A stretch of DNA of 64,000 bases from Bigelowiella natans CCMP2755 (taxonomy: Eukaryota > Protista > Cercozoa), in contig ADNK01000979.1 of the NCBI GenBank assembly GCA_000320545.1, forward strand, positions 1 to 64,000, written 5' to 3'. Below the pieces are notes generated by a model, which worked only from the letters and a program-made list of their open reading frames with translations, did not search any database and was not told the origin of the DNA. The position numbers were made by a program, and so were the translations under genes. Positions 22,851 through 36,183 of the stretch are shown here, one piece after another. How positions within the stretch are numbered: the stretch's first letter is position 1; the number at the start of each line of letters is the position of its first letter.

Positions 22851-25171
22851 AACATGATGACAATCTTTGGCTTATATATTCCTTCTGCTGCTGGTGCTGC
22901 TTTTGAATCATCATCCACACACACAAACACACACAAAACACTCACACACACACACACACAATATCCGCTTGTCGTCGTCGTTGTCGTTGTCGTTGTTGTC
23001 GTTGTTGTTCTTCTTCTTCTTCTGTGTCTGAAGCCACTGTTTTGTTGTTGCGGTGTTTGATGCTGCTTTGGATTGTTTATCGTAGTAGTGGTAGTATTAG
23101 TAGTAGTAGTGGTAGTATCAGTAGCAGTAGTAGTAGCATTAGTAATAGTAGTAGTAGTAGCATTAGTAGTACCGCTTTGGTTGGGCCTACTCGTAGGATG
23201 TGTGAGATGTCCAACGCGCTGGCTACATTTATGCGACAGAAGTCCGATATGCAGGATCTCCCATCGTATCCTCCGAAGACATATATTTTCCCGCCATATA
23301 TGCCAGATTGAAGATACGCTCTGACGAACGATGCATGGATGACATGTGAGTGTGGGGAGGGGAGAAGGCACAGACCCACACAATTACGCACAACAACAAC
23401 AATACGCCGGAAATCAATCGACGAAGAATTTCAGTGGCAATGAATTCACTGCCAGCTTTCTTACAAAAGGTCCCTTTTTTGTTGGCGATATGTTTCTCGT
23501 TAACACCTTTGCAAAGGCCTCTTGCTTGTGACCTTCACCAGCTTCCATACATTCGTGGTCAGTCCCAGCTGATAAAGATCATTATCGTGCCCCTTTTCCG
23601 TGTAGCTATATCGACGATCGTGCAGGAAATAATGATTAGGAAAATCTGAATTCTTGCCACGAATTGTTGAATTCATTACCCTCCAAATGCATATGCAACA
23701 CCACCAGCAGTAACTTGGATCGTGCAGCCGCAGCGTGCTCTGGGAACATCACCTGCACACACGCCGCGACGATCATTTTTGGAACAGAACCATTGCGCTA
23801 CTCACGTTCATGCGTAATTTCATTAGTCGCTCATTATTAGGAAGCACCTCTAACGGAAATTTCCTGCCAAGTGGTGGATCCTGGGGAGAGCCTGTGCAGT
23901 TTTCCCAAGCTATTATGACCATTGTGCCCTCCGAATACGTACAGATACTGCCCCCATGAGAAAAGAGAGTGGTAGGCCATGCACTGAGTATGCAAGCAAT
24001 GATAAGAATAAATATGTTGATATTAATTTGAGAATAATTTCTAATGCACACCCACCCACCTCCGGAAGTTCAGGCAGTTTCCTCCACACTTTTGATGCTA
24101 TATCCATGGAATAGGCGTCTCTTAAATATTCGTTGGACTTTCTACACCCCCCGCAAACTACGAGTCGGTCTTCCCATGTCGCCATTGCATGTCTGTTCGT
24201 TCATTTGATGGAGAAATATCATGTTTATGAATCACATCGGAACGATAAACAGTGGTGGAGCACTACTACCCGTATCTTCCCACGGGCATGTTTTTCGCAT
24301 GGATCCTCTTCCATTTGCCTCTACCTGCGAGAAGGAAGTAGCATGATACTCAATGCATGCTGTGCTGACCACTCTATTCACAAAGTAATGTAAGACCTAT
24401 TTTACCTATATCGAAGGCGATGAGTTCGTCAGACTCGACGAGCGAAAGTTTTTTGCTCGAATTTCCTGAAGAAGAGCTTCCCCCGTACACATAGAGTGTG
24501 TTCCCATGAGCGGTGGAGGCGTGAAGGTATCGTGGCGTTGGCGTATTCTTGGCTTTGACCTTTTCCCATTGTTGCAGCCCTAATGAAGCCAAATATCAGT
24601 CGATGCATAGTCATGTAATCGTGATGGATTCCAAGTGGTTGACACTGTACATATTCGAAGTTACATCAGATACTATATCGTACATTCAGTTCATGAAGAA
24701 ATCGAATATATATAACTGCGCACTTCTTCGCGTACTCACCTATATCAAAGCGCTGTAGATCATTGAATATATTTTTTCCCTCACCAAATCCACCGAAAAC
24801 CCATAAACTCCCTCCACACTCCGCCTGCAGAGGATGGAAGAATCAAATCACGAGCGAGTGACAAAGGATTAGCACCTACCATGGAGAAGTATGTTCGTGC
24901 AAGTGGAGACGGACATGATAGATGCTCCCACTGGGAAGTCTTGGTCTTCAATTCCATCGGATGTGCAAGCTACAGAAGACCGCCCACCTCAGCTGGCGAG
25001 ATCCAAATCACTTCTTCCTCTCAAGGCTGGAGAGAAGAATACGATGCCGATCAGTGTATAGTCGCACGAAAAGATAAATCAATAAAATAAAATATCGGTG
25101 AACTATCGAAAAAAACATACTCGTATTCCGAACAGCGAGGAGCGAAGTCGCGAAGTTCGATTGCCAGCCAT
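21050..25171 (-). CDS. Kelch-repeat + UBA-like + U-box protein (putative E3 ubiquitin ligase), multi-exon
   Basis: Kelch units (LWVFGGF, PTPRYLHAS...LYVYGG, LVVCGG, IYVFGGYDG). QALMMGYSKEHI is UBA-like. U-box spliced across exons: PPQELYCSLSAELFEDPVIT / DDGHTYEREMIEDWFRRGNKTSPQTNEPL...LRPNHVVRALC. Confidence 0.85.
21957..22113. repeat. (GAT/GGT)n trinucleotide tract in an intron
   Basis: Direct reading of the sequence. Confidence 0.85.
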
Positions 25172-25545
25172 CTGATTTTAATGCCCGATAAAATATGTAT
25201 GTGCCCGAATTATTTTTTTTAATAATATTTTTTTATTTTTTCGGGTAATAACAGAAAGAAGACGATTCAGCTTTTGGCTGGGTGGGTGCTCGCTCGATCC
25301 GCAGAAACTAATCTTGGTGGCGGTGGAGATTCTCATTTGCTGACGAAGCTGCCCTTCTGGGTGCAGGTCAGCCGCGTCGAATTCTGGCTTCGATCTGATT
25401 CAACGTGATGGATTTAATTTTAACTTTTGGCAAATAGAATAGATTCACGTTAGGCTGCTGCGTTATATACCCCTCAATAGGGCACACATTCCCGTCTGAT
25501 TGATGTTCAATGAAACGCTGATATAGGGGTTTCCAGTGAATAACG

Positions 25546-25733
25546 ATGACGTCAACAGTGTACGATGTGATTAGCAAGAAGTGGAACCGAAAGATTCCCC
25601 ACAAGATCTATTTCGACTTTACTACCAACATGCTTGTCATCGAGAAGAAAGTCGAGAAGAACTATAAGGAGAAAAGGGTTAGGCATACTTTAATCTCAAT
25701 TATTATCAAATATTGCTCTCTATATTCTATAAT

Positions 25734-25782
<49 letters not shown>

Positions 25783-25837
25783 CTCCTCTCTCTCTCTCTC
25801 TCTCTCTCTCTCCTCCCTCTTTTTCCCCCTCTCCCCC

Positions 25838-25882
<45 letters not shown>

Positions 25883-25951
25883 TCTCCCTCTCCCTCTCCC
25901 TCTCCCTCTCCCTCTCCCCTCCAATTTCTTATTCATCCAAACAACAACTGT

Positions 25952-25984
<33 letters not shown>

Positions 25985-28900
25985 TTCCTAGTTCCCGTGT
26001 TCCGTGGTGTCTGTCGTCGTCACCAAAGACGAATTGGCTGTCAAGATCTCCGTGGATACGAAACAATACACAAAGGAGGTTACCTTCTCCAAGAAATACG
26101 AAGTGAAGAACTTCACAACTCTCCTCGGTCGTCTTCAGTCATCCCGAGGCACTGCTTATCGCGTGTTCTCAGAGCAAAGGGGGGAGAAATCTGTCCTCGA
26201 CCTTAAGTCATTGTCCGCTGCTATTAAGGCCACTAACATTAAAGTCCCGGATCGTAGCCTTCCTAAAAGCGAATCAGTAACATTCGAGGAATTCCTTGAG
26301 CTATACGTGAAGTACGGCCCCAAGGAGCAAGCATTAGGCCAGTCCTCTCCTGATGCACAGCAGCCCATCTCCAGGAGAAGGCGCCGCCGAGTTCTTGAGG
26401 GAAGGACTCGATCAATGACGTCGCTACCATCCGCGGAGATGCTGTCTGGGGAAAGTCAAATAGTAAGACCATCGAATGTGTCGCTGATGCTGAGCGAAAA
26501 TGAGATGAGGGCGGGGTTGCTCACGTTGACCAACTACAGAATTCTCTTCCAGGTGTCTCCGTAAATTCCCTTATTTTTAGCTGTACCGTTTTCATTCGTG
26601 ACAACTAATCGAATCCTTCTTCGGTGTGATTCAACTCGAGGCGCATGGAGAGACGTTTTGCCCTGAAATCCAGTCTAATCTTTTCCTTTCTGTTTTTCCC
26701 CAAAAAACTGATTTAAAGGAAAATCTGACCCTCGAATCCCTCTCGATACCGGTGTCCACCATTGGAACGGTGGACACGAAGAAACGAGGGAAAATGCGGG
26801 ATCTATCTATCTCTTGCAAAGATTTCCGAAGGGTCATCTTCGTCTACGATGCGTCCACGGTCAGCATATATAATAAATTTATTACCAATTTTTAGACGTT
26901 TTACCGTATGTATATGATAACAATACATGGTTGAGACTATTAAGGCGGAGTTGCAAACATAGATGGTTCTGGGTTGTTCTGCTGCTTTGTTTGGTTGTTA
27001 ATGCTGCGTTTGTTCTCCGAATAACTTCCCGATTATTACACTGCCACCCGTTTCATCAAAATGGCTTTATTTCATTTATTCACTTGGGAAACGGATATCT
27101 AGAAAATGAACAAGAATCACTGATGATTGTTCATACATCTCTTGTGATATGCTTTATAGCGCCAAATCATGATATTAAGACGTAACATTTATATTGATAG
27201 TGCTCTCTGTTTGTATGTTCGTGAAGGCACCTCAAAACGTGCTATACCAATCGGTGCGGATGATAGCATTCCCTGAATCTCAAGAGAAGCTGTTCGCATT
27301 TGCTCACAAGCTCGATGAGAAAGATATAGTCGATCGTCGTCTTTGCGGTGTTCGCAATGTTGCATCCCACGAAAAAGAAGAGGCTAAAGCAGCGAACGAC
27401 TCTGAGAGTACCCAGTCGAAGTAATTCCTCCTCGCCCTCCCCCCCCCCTCTCCCTCCCTCCTTCCTCAGAGAGAAAGAAAGGAGATTAAACATATTAGGG
27501 ATAAGAGGGGACTGAAAAACAGTGTGGAATAAAATTTGGCTTCTGTTGTTACTCGATTATTATTAAATCGATCTATGATTTTTATGAAACTATTATTATC
27601 ATCATCATCATCATCATCATGCTCTTAATCACGTTCGCAATTGATTTTTGTTTCTTTTTCTTCTCTCCAAGGAACCCACTATCATCATCATCTTCGCCTC
27701 CTTCAGTGGACGGCTGGTCTCTCTACGATGCAAAGGCTGAATATGACCGCATGCGTATGCTGGACAAGGCCAATTATCTGCGTCTTACGGAAAAGAACCT
27801 CGATTACAAATTCTCACCCACATATCCCAGCCGCATCGTGGTGCCAGCCAACATTACTGATGAGCAACTTGACAAGATCGGTGAGAAGAAGAACAAGCGC
27901 AACAACACACGACAACAATAAGATGACGACGAGACGAACAAAGCTCCAAGAAGATTCCAACCCAAGAGATTATCGAAATGATATCTTGTTTTTACGCTAA
28001 TTTTTTTGGTTTCCTCATGAAAACATGTATATAAATGGAGGGTGCCTACAAAGGGGTACAGACATTACAGATGAGGTAGAAGAAGAGATATCTCATGTAC
28101 TTTCAAATACCAACACAACAACAGGGAAATTCCGGTCGCGCGCGCGCATTCCAGCAGTCGTGTACATCGACCCTGTGACTAAGGCTATCATTGCACGCTC
28201 CGCTCAACCGATGGGCGGTATTCAAGGCACACGATGTACGTACGAACGAACGATGAGAGAACAACAACAACAACAACATAGTGATAATGATAGTAATAGT
28301 GATGATAATAATAATAATAAAAAACAATGTTCGGAAGGAATGAAAGAGAGAGAGAGAGGGGGGGGGGGATCTTGGGTGTCCACCACACAATAGCTATACA
28401 TAGATACCCCTTCCTTTCTAATATAACAGGCAAAGAGGATGAAACATACGTGAACACGCTACGAATAATAAATCCGAACAAGACGAAATACGTGTATCTC
28501 TTCGATGCAAGGCCTAAGTACGCAGCGCTAGGAAACAAGGCCATGGGGAAGGGCTTCGAGAATGTGAATAACTACGACAAGGCCCAGATAGAGTTCTTCG
28601 CGATTGATAACATACACGCTGTGCGTACCTCGATGGAGCAGCTGATGAACCTTTGCCTTACGAACGAGAACCTGGATATGGCTGAATGGCATACAAAGCT
28701 GGTCGGTCACTCACTCCTCATCACTCTTTTATCGCTCATTGTTTTAGAAATCTGGGCTATTTATATAAATATAATGTATATAACACACACACCCACCCAC
28801 ATGTGTGTTTTTGTGTTACGTGTTGTGTGTTGTGTTTGCCCGCTTAGCTAGTAGTAGTTGAGGAGGAGGAGGAGGAGGAGGAAACCAGCAAATCGCGATG

Positions 28901-29643
28901 ATTGTTTGATTTACCTTCGTCTTGTAATTCTTCTTCTTGTTGTTGTTCTTCCTCATAATTATGATTGAAAGTTCCAAAGCAAATGGCTGCACCATGTCCG
29001 GCAGATACTCATTGGTGCGAAAAGGGTGGCTGAGTGCGTAAAGGTCGTGCTCGTTAGAGAAGAAGACAGAGAGAATATTTTGCACAGCTACTACACTACA
29101 CTTACGAAAATAATAACCACAACGTGGCCCTGCAGATAGATGACCCCCCCCCCCCCCCCATTTCCGTCGCGACATTGTAACCTGGTTGAGCCATCGTGGT
29201 GATTCACCATTTTTATGCGGTTACTACTGCTTCGTCTCAATTGTTGTTATTGTTGTAATCGGTATTATGCTGCTGCTGGTGCTTGTGCTGCCTCTTCAGA
29301 TCGATAGAGCGTCGTGTCTAGTACATTGCAGTGATGGTTGGGATAGGACAGCCCAACTTACTTCTTTAGCTCAGATCATCCTAGATCCCTTCTACAGGAC
29401 GATAAAGGGTGACTCCTTGCTACTCGCAGCTATCACACCGCACCATTCCTTAACATCTGTCTTATTTATGATGAAATACACACACACACGCACGCTATGA
29501 TGTGCTGGTGTTCGTTTTTTATTGATGGCTGAGCATGCTGCATCCTTCGTCGGCAGGTTTCGCTGTTTTGATAGAGAAAGAGTGGGTCAGTTTTGGCCAT
29601 CAATTTGAGGAGAGAATCGGGTTCGTAGTGAAAACAATAAAAC

Positions 29644-29678
<35 letters not shown>

Positions 29679-30981
29679 ATCCACGCATCCACACAATATT
29701 CACCAATTGGTAGCGTATTTGATGAAATAAGATAGTAGTAGCAGTAGTAGAAGTGGTGGTGGTGGTGGTAGAGGCTAGAATAGCGTTAGATTTAGCGTGT
29801 CGTTTGTTGAGTCTTCTTTTTCTTGTTTTACATGCTCATAATATCGTTTCTTCTATGCTTACAGACACGGGCATGCAGAAGTTCATGACCAACGCAGGTA
29901 CTGCCTTTCTTCTTCTTTTTGCACTTCTTTCTCTCAATTTATCATCATCACCGCGAGATCCTGCAGGTTCATAGATTCAACTTGTCAACCCCCCCCCCCC
30001 CCCTCCTACATCTTTCAGCCCGGTTTTCATTCAGTTCATAGATTGCGTGTGGCAGATGCTGCGACAATCCCCGTTGAGTTTCGAGGTACTAGCTAAAAGA
30101 GAAGAAGGAGGAGGAGATATATCTCCCATTGATTTTATCGTGCAGTTTTTGATTACGAATGCATATTTGATTATATGTTGGGTTATATGTTACAATACTT
30201 GATGAGTATTTATCATGTTGCGATTTTGGGTCTTCTTCTTCTGCATTGTCGTTGACTTTTTTAGTTCACTGAGGAGTTTCTGGTCTCTGTGCTTGATCAC
30301 GTCTACGATTGCCGCTTCGGGTTGGTGTCTGATTGTCGCATCTTCGGTAGTGGAACGTGTCATAAACAACGATGTTTCCTTACGCAATATGCAGGACGTT
30401 TCTGTTCAATTTTGAGTCGCAACGCAGGAAGGCCCGATACAAAGAAAAAACGGTGAGAAGAAAGATCCTGGAGAGGAAGAGGAAGAAGAAGAAGAAGAAG
30501 AAGAAGAAGAGTGGATTTGATTACGCTGAGTAGGAGAGATTATTCATCGTGTTATATAATACTCTTGAGGGAGGTCATATGAATGGTTTGCTCGTCCTGC
30601 TGTCATCGGTGGAATCACATGTGTTAACACTGTTACTACTACACGTATAACAACAACAACAACAACAATAATAATAATAACCACCACATAGGAATCGTTA
30701 TGGTCGTTCTTGCTGGCTCCAAAGCAGTCGGATATTTACGTCAATTACTTGTATCAGTACTGCGATCATAAAGAGGTCAGTCATCTACAATGGCTTGTTC
30801 ATTTCAAAATAGTAGTAGTTGTTGCAGTAGTTGTTGTAGTAGTTGTTGTTGCTGCTGTGTAGAAAGAGAAGATCATCCTTAATTTCCGTGCGTATTGCGT
30901 CCGCGTGCATGTCCGTATCAATCGTGCTTCTATCTCCTTTGCTTGCGAGAAATCTCCGCGAAGATTTGTTATTTCCCCCTA

Positions 30982-31021
<40 letters not shown>

Positions 31022-31520
31022 GTGCAGCCACGTCGCACATCTGCTATCGCCGCTCGCTTCTGAGTGCGTATCGTTTGTGTCGTTGTGTTTTGTGTTTGGT
31101 TGGACATTTACCTTCGTAGACACAAAAAATGCTTCAAGTATCTTCCGATTCAAGGCGCATAGTGTTGTGGGAGGCTTATCACATGAGGTACTTACTAGAA
31201 GTAGATATAGAGGGAGGAGGAGGAAAGAGCTGCTAAAATGCTGCTGCTGCAATAGAACGTATCGTTTTTTATTTTTCATCATCCTACTCATCCCCCCCCC
31301 CCCCCCTCAAGTCAAATTATTAACGAAATATATCTTCCTTCGGTGACAGGTACAGCAAAGAATTCTTCGAATGTTCAGTGACACCAGCTGTGGCTGCTAT
31401 GCAACATTCCAGCCAGGCACATTCTCGGTGCGTGCATCAGCATATAGCAAGAAAATAAGCAATCTCAACTCGGCACACACCTTGCTTTCTCGCTAGATTT
31501 TGTCAAGTGCTCATAGTTGT

Positions 31521-31564
<44 letters not shown>

Positions 31565-31838
31565 CCTCAGGAAAAAATACATGTCGGTCTCGAAATCGCA
31601 TGTGCAACGCACGTGTAGTGTGATAGAAAAGGAAAGCGGGGAAACAAAGCAAGAGCATAGCAAAACAGAATCCTTAATCGTGATTACAGATTGCACAGAA
31701 GAAACAACATCTCCTGATCCGGCAGCATCTACCTCTTCCCTACCTAAAAAAGAGGTGGATGAAGCTGTAATCGACAATCTTCCTCCCCCCCCTCCCCCCC
31801 CTCAAGTATCCATGGGCGACAACATTACTGAATTATAA
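25546..31838 (+). CDS. Myotubularin-family phosphoinositide 3-phosphatase, multi-exon
   Basis: GRAM-like [61 protein letters not shown], catalytic [21 protein letters not shown] and [12 protein letters not shown]. Confidence 0.93.
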
Positions 31839-32574
31839 TGCGTGACGGCGCTTCGGTGCTTTGGTGCTTTGAGGCCATTAGTTTGCTTTCGTTGCATCAG
31901 GTGGAATGTCATTCTAGCTTTGCTTGTTTTTTATGAATAAGTTATGTGTACATAAGATTAAATGTGAGGCTTGTGATTTAATTGCATCTGGGCGGAGCAC
32001 ACAATAACAATTCATCGCCAAGGCAACAAAGCATGGCGGCACTACTTACGCGCTAGTCTATGCACTAAATGTGCACATTCTCTTGTATCACATGTAGCAG
32101 ATAGATATGAACGTCGTGCGTCATCATGTCACTAGCAGCAGGCTAGTCCAAATTTATTAGATGATGCTATTATATCAAACATTGTGCGGCTGTACGTGCT
32201 GCCTTAGTACCTAATGCAAGCTATAAGCTAATAAGCAAATTAGTATTCTTAGATTGTATACAAACGCACATATAACAAAAGCGTTGTACAATGTGCGTGT
32301 GCGTACATTTATATTATATATAAAACGCACTCAGTATATCAGATATACACGAAACACGGCGAACTACTTTCTACTTTGATTTTGCGAATCAAGCTGCAAA
32401 TCACAGCGTGTCTATCTATACACACGCTGTTGCTAGCGTCGTACATACATACTAGCATAGTTTGGCACATTAGATCAAGGCTAGCACACATCTACGCACT
32501 ATTCGTCACTGTATCACGAAATGAATGTACTATTGAATTGAAGTGAGCTACAGGTCTGTTTCCCCATCAAGCGC

Positions 32575-33810
32575 TCATGACAACGCATCCAGCTCCCCGT
32601 CTCCTATCCCATCAACTTTCCCCCCATCGTTGTCTTCATCATCATCCTTATCGTGCCCCACCCTCGTCCACTGTCCGGCAGCCATGTTTTCACCACCTTC
32701 AGGATTGGAATGAACCATTTGCTCCATCAGGCTTCTCCGTCTCAAGCGGCTTTCCAACAATCTAGTTTTCCGTTCCAAGATCAGGATTTTAGCTCGGAGC
32801 GCAACGTTTCCTTCTGAGCGGCGTAGTCCGCCTTCGAAGACAATATCACCCATTTCATGTAAATTGACAAACCCCATCTTGATAACAAAAGTATTAATGC
32901 TAATTTGTGTGTGGAGAGAGAGAGGAAGAGAGAGAGAGAGAGAGAGAGAGGAGGGAGGGGGGAGGGGGGGGGGGGGGGAGAGGAAGAGATCTTTTACTGC
33001 ATCATCATCATTGATCATTGATCATTCATAACACCCAGCACTAGCCGGTGAAAACCACCACCTTTGTCTTTATCAGACGATACTTCTGCTTTGTTAGTAG
33101 TCGTTGCGTCTCTTGGAGCTCTTGCTGAAAAGGGTGTGGGGGCGGGATGGAGAGAATATCATTACCGAATTACAGAACGAAGTCGAGGGGGGAGAGGGGG
33201 CCACTGCACTACCAGAAATTCCTTCAGGCTCCGGAGACTCGTCAACTTTCTCGGTGTTTCGATAAGATATCTGTGTACACAGGAGTTAACGTCATAATCA
33301 CATTTTGCGATCCCAGCCGTCCTGGGGGTATTCGCACCGAAAACTTCTATCATATTTGTTCAGTTCTACAACGTGAAAAGTTTTGTATGCAACTTCAGTC
33401 TCAGCCATTGTCATCACTTGACTATTAACGATGGATTGTGCTGCTACGATTACTCGCCCTCCTCCCTCCTCCTCCCCCTCCTCCTCCTTCTTCTCCTCCT
33501 CCTACCTGTCAATATTTCTATTCCAGCCGTCATATGTCTCGTTAAGTGACGCTGATTTGTTCTTCAGTTTGTAGATCTGGAAGTATTGAGTTATTATCAA
33601 TTAGTGGTACGACAGATATCGATTTTGGAGCGAGATCCCCCTCCCTCCTGCCTCTATCCGTGTAGTTGATTTGTCTTTGTGTGTCAGATGTGATCGTGAC
33701 CTCCTGGCTTAGATCTATTTTGAGTTGCTCGGATTTAATCATATGCTCCATACGAACAAGTTCTATTCTTGAATATCTCTCCTCCAGCTTATTTTTTGAT
33801 TGCTGCCATG

Positions 33811-33871
<61 letters not shown>

Positions 33872-34350
33872 GAGGGGGGGGTTGAAGCGAGAGATAGAGA
33901 AAACAGAGAAAGAACAATACTCACAAAAGTAAGTTGTAATCGAGAAATTAGAATCAAGCTGAAATTTTGATGATATTCCCCTACGGACATAGCTGTGCTG
34001 TTGGTAGGTATCAGTAGTAGAATATCGTAATATAATGTGTGAGAATTATTCCGCAACACAATGCTGATCTTCCGCAGCGAGAGGGGAAATTCTTCGCATT
34101 CGATAAATCTCTACAAATTTCCGGGAATTCTGCTTCGCGCCGATGGTTGTTTTTGGTGACACAATCGCTGCAAGCACGCACCTACCTCTAGTTTTTGAAC
34201 GAGTCTTCTATACTTCTGGAGCTTCTGAGATGGGGTCTTAAGACAAAGGATATGACAGCAGCAGCAGTAGCAACAACAACAACACCACCATCAACAACAA
34301 CAACGAATAACAACAGCCCAACATAGGTGAGTATTATGTATGTTAAGTTG

Positions 34351-34419
<69 letters not shown>

Positions 34420-34876
34420 TTTGGTGCTGAAGGGATGCGTAACACTCAATATTTCTAATGAAGCACGTTCGTACCTTTTCTGCTTTATTGCTACGTCCGC
34501 TACCACTACCACTACTCTTCCCCCTTTCATCTCCCCCATCCCTCTTGCTTGAATGTCTGCCTGAACCCTTCCCAGTCCCTCCGTGCAGCCGCAGCACTGA
34601 TGCATATGGGCAGATTTGGTTGCTCGAGCGATAATTCCTTGTTCTAAAGATGTTTCCACGTTGTGGAAATACTGCCCCTGGAAAATAGGGGAACGTAAGA
34701 TCGCAAATCATTCGATGGCAACGAGCGAGACAACGACCATCGCGGACGTCCGATCTTGAAAGGGGGGGCTGAAGCGCGAATGTGGGGGCGAAATTCGATG
34801 AGAAAAGCAGGATGTCGCATAGTATCAGAGCCAGGTTTCCTGAAGTTGTGCCAAAACTTCCCCTCCCCCACCCCAT
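32575..34876 (-). CDS. Unknown multi-exon coiled-coil protein with signal/transit-like N-terminus
   Basis: Protein-like exons (QSKNKLEERYSRIELVRMEHMIKSEQL; NVALRAKILILERKTRLLESRLRRR) bounded by GT-AG introns. Hydrophobic N-terminus SGNLALILCDILLFSS. Exon structure approximate. Confidence 0.5.
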
Positions 34877-36183
34877 TATCACAGATCACTCGCGGTTGTG
34901 CACATCGGGGCCGGCAGCAGCCATTTCTGGTTGAGACAGTGGTGAGTCGCGATCAGAGTCAGAAGACGGACGACGACAGCTCGTATACCATTACGACAAC
35001 AATTTTTTGTGCGGTTTTTAGATCAGTTTTTATGCGGGATATATCGAAAATAATGATAATTTATAAATCCAATTTGCATTTTTGTTTCGGATTTTCGCGT
35101 TGGAAACACGATTAAAAAATATCCCGCATATATCTGAAGAAGGCTACAGCTGCGCGTTTGTGGCTTCCCGATGTTGTAAATTGTTGCAGAATCAAGTAGT
35201 AGCAGTGCGAGTACGAGCACACTATGCGGACAGTAGGATGATGTCCACAGGTACAGGCAATTTTGTTCTAAAACCTTCCTTTTTTCCAATAAATGCTCTA
35301 AATTCTCGTGAAGACACAATCTGCGACAACAATTTATTTACTTCTTCTGTCAACCGATAGATATCTAGATCCAGATCTCGTGATGTGTACGAGTATATAT
35401 CTGTCGCTTCCTGTCACAGGGTGATCTAACAAAAAATAACGGTTTTCCAGCAAGCAGACCGGTACTTTATTTGGCAATCTCATGCTTTTGGGCACAGCTT
35501 GTGGGGGCGTCTGACAAGCAAGCTGAAATCTCGCGCTATTTATTGGGAGGATATCCCCCCATTTTTGTTAATTCTCCCCCATGAAAATCATTATTAAGAT
35601 CTTAAACGAATGAGGACCTTCAAGTGAAACACTCTTCACTCTTCACTGATTCTCGCTCATAACATAAGCAAGCTTGTTGTACCTGAATACGCGAAATTAG
35701 ACTCTTTTGTCTAAAAATCATTGACGTAATGTGAGAGTTACCACGCATTTTAACCTGAAAATTCCTTAATATTCCTAGATCCTTATACATTTCACAGTAG
35801 TCAACGTTTCTGCTTGAATAAGCCTCTGGAAACGGCTTCGGAGAAAATGTGGTTGGAGTCGTCCAGGTCTTAAGTCGCTACATGTATCCACGCACAAGGA
35901 CCTATTTCGCCACAAATTCTGCGCTTTGTCGTCAATCGTTTAGAAAAGGAAGAGCGTTTAAGCATTTTGCTGCGCACAATCATCATCAGGCGACGTGAGC
36001 TCGCCATTCTTTCGCAAAACGAGAACAACACAAGCTATAAACCAACAACAAGAGCGGCCGTCAAGGAGAATAAATTTGCCAAAATATTTATAACGTTCGA
36101 CAGAAACACGAACAGCGAGCACCCAACAGGCGACATCTCTCGACACATCAGCAGTTTAGCGCTGAAAAACCAACTGAACGGCA

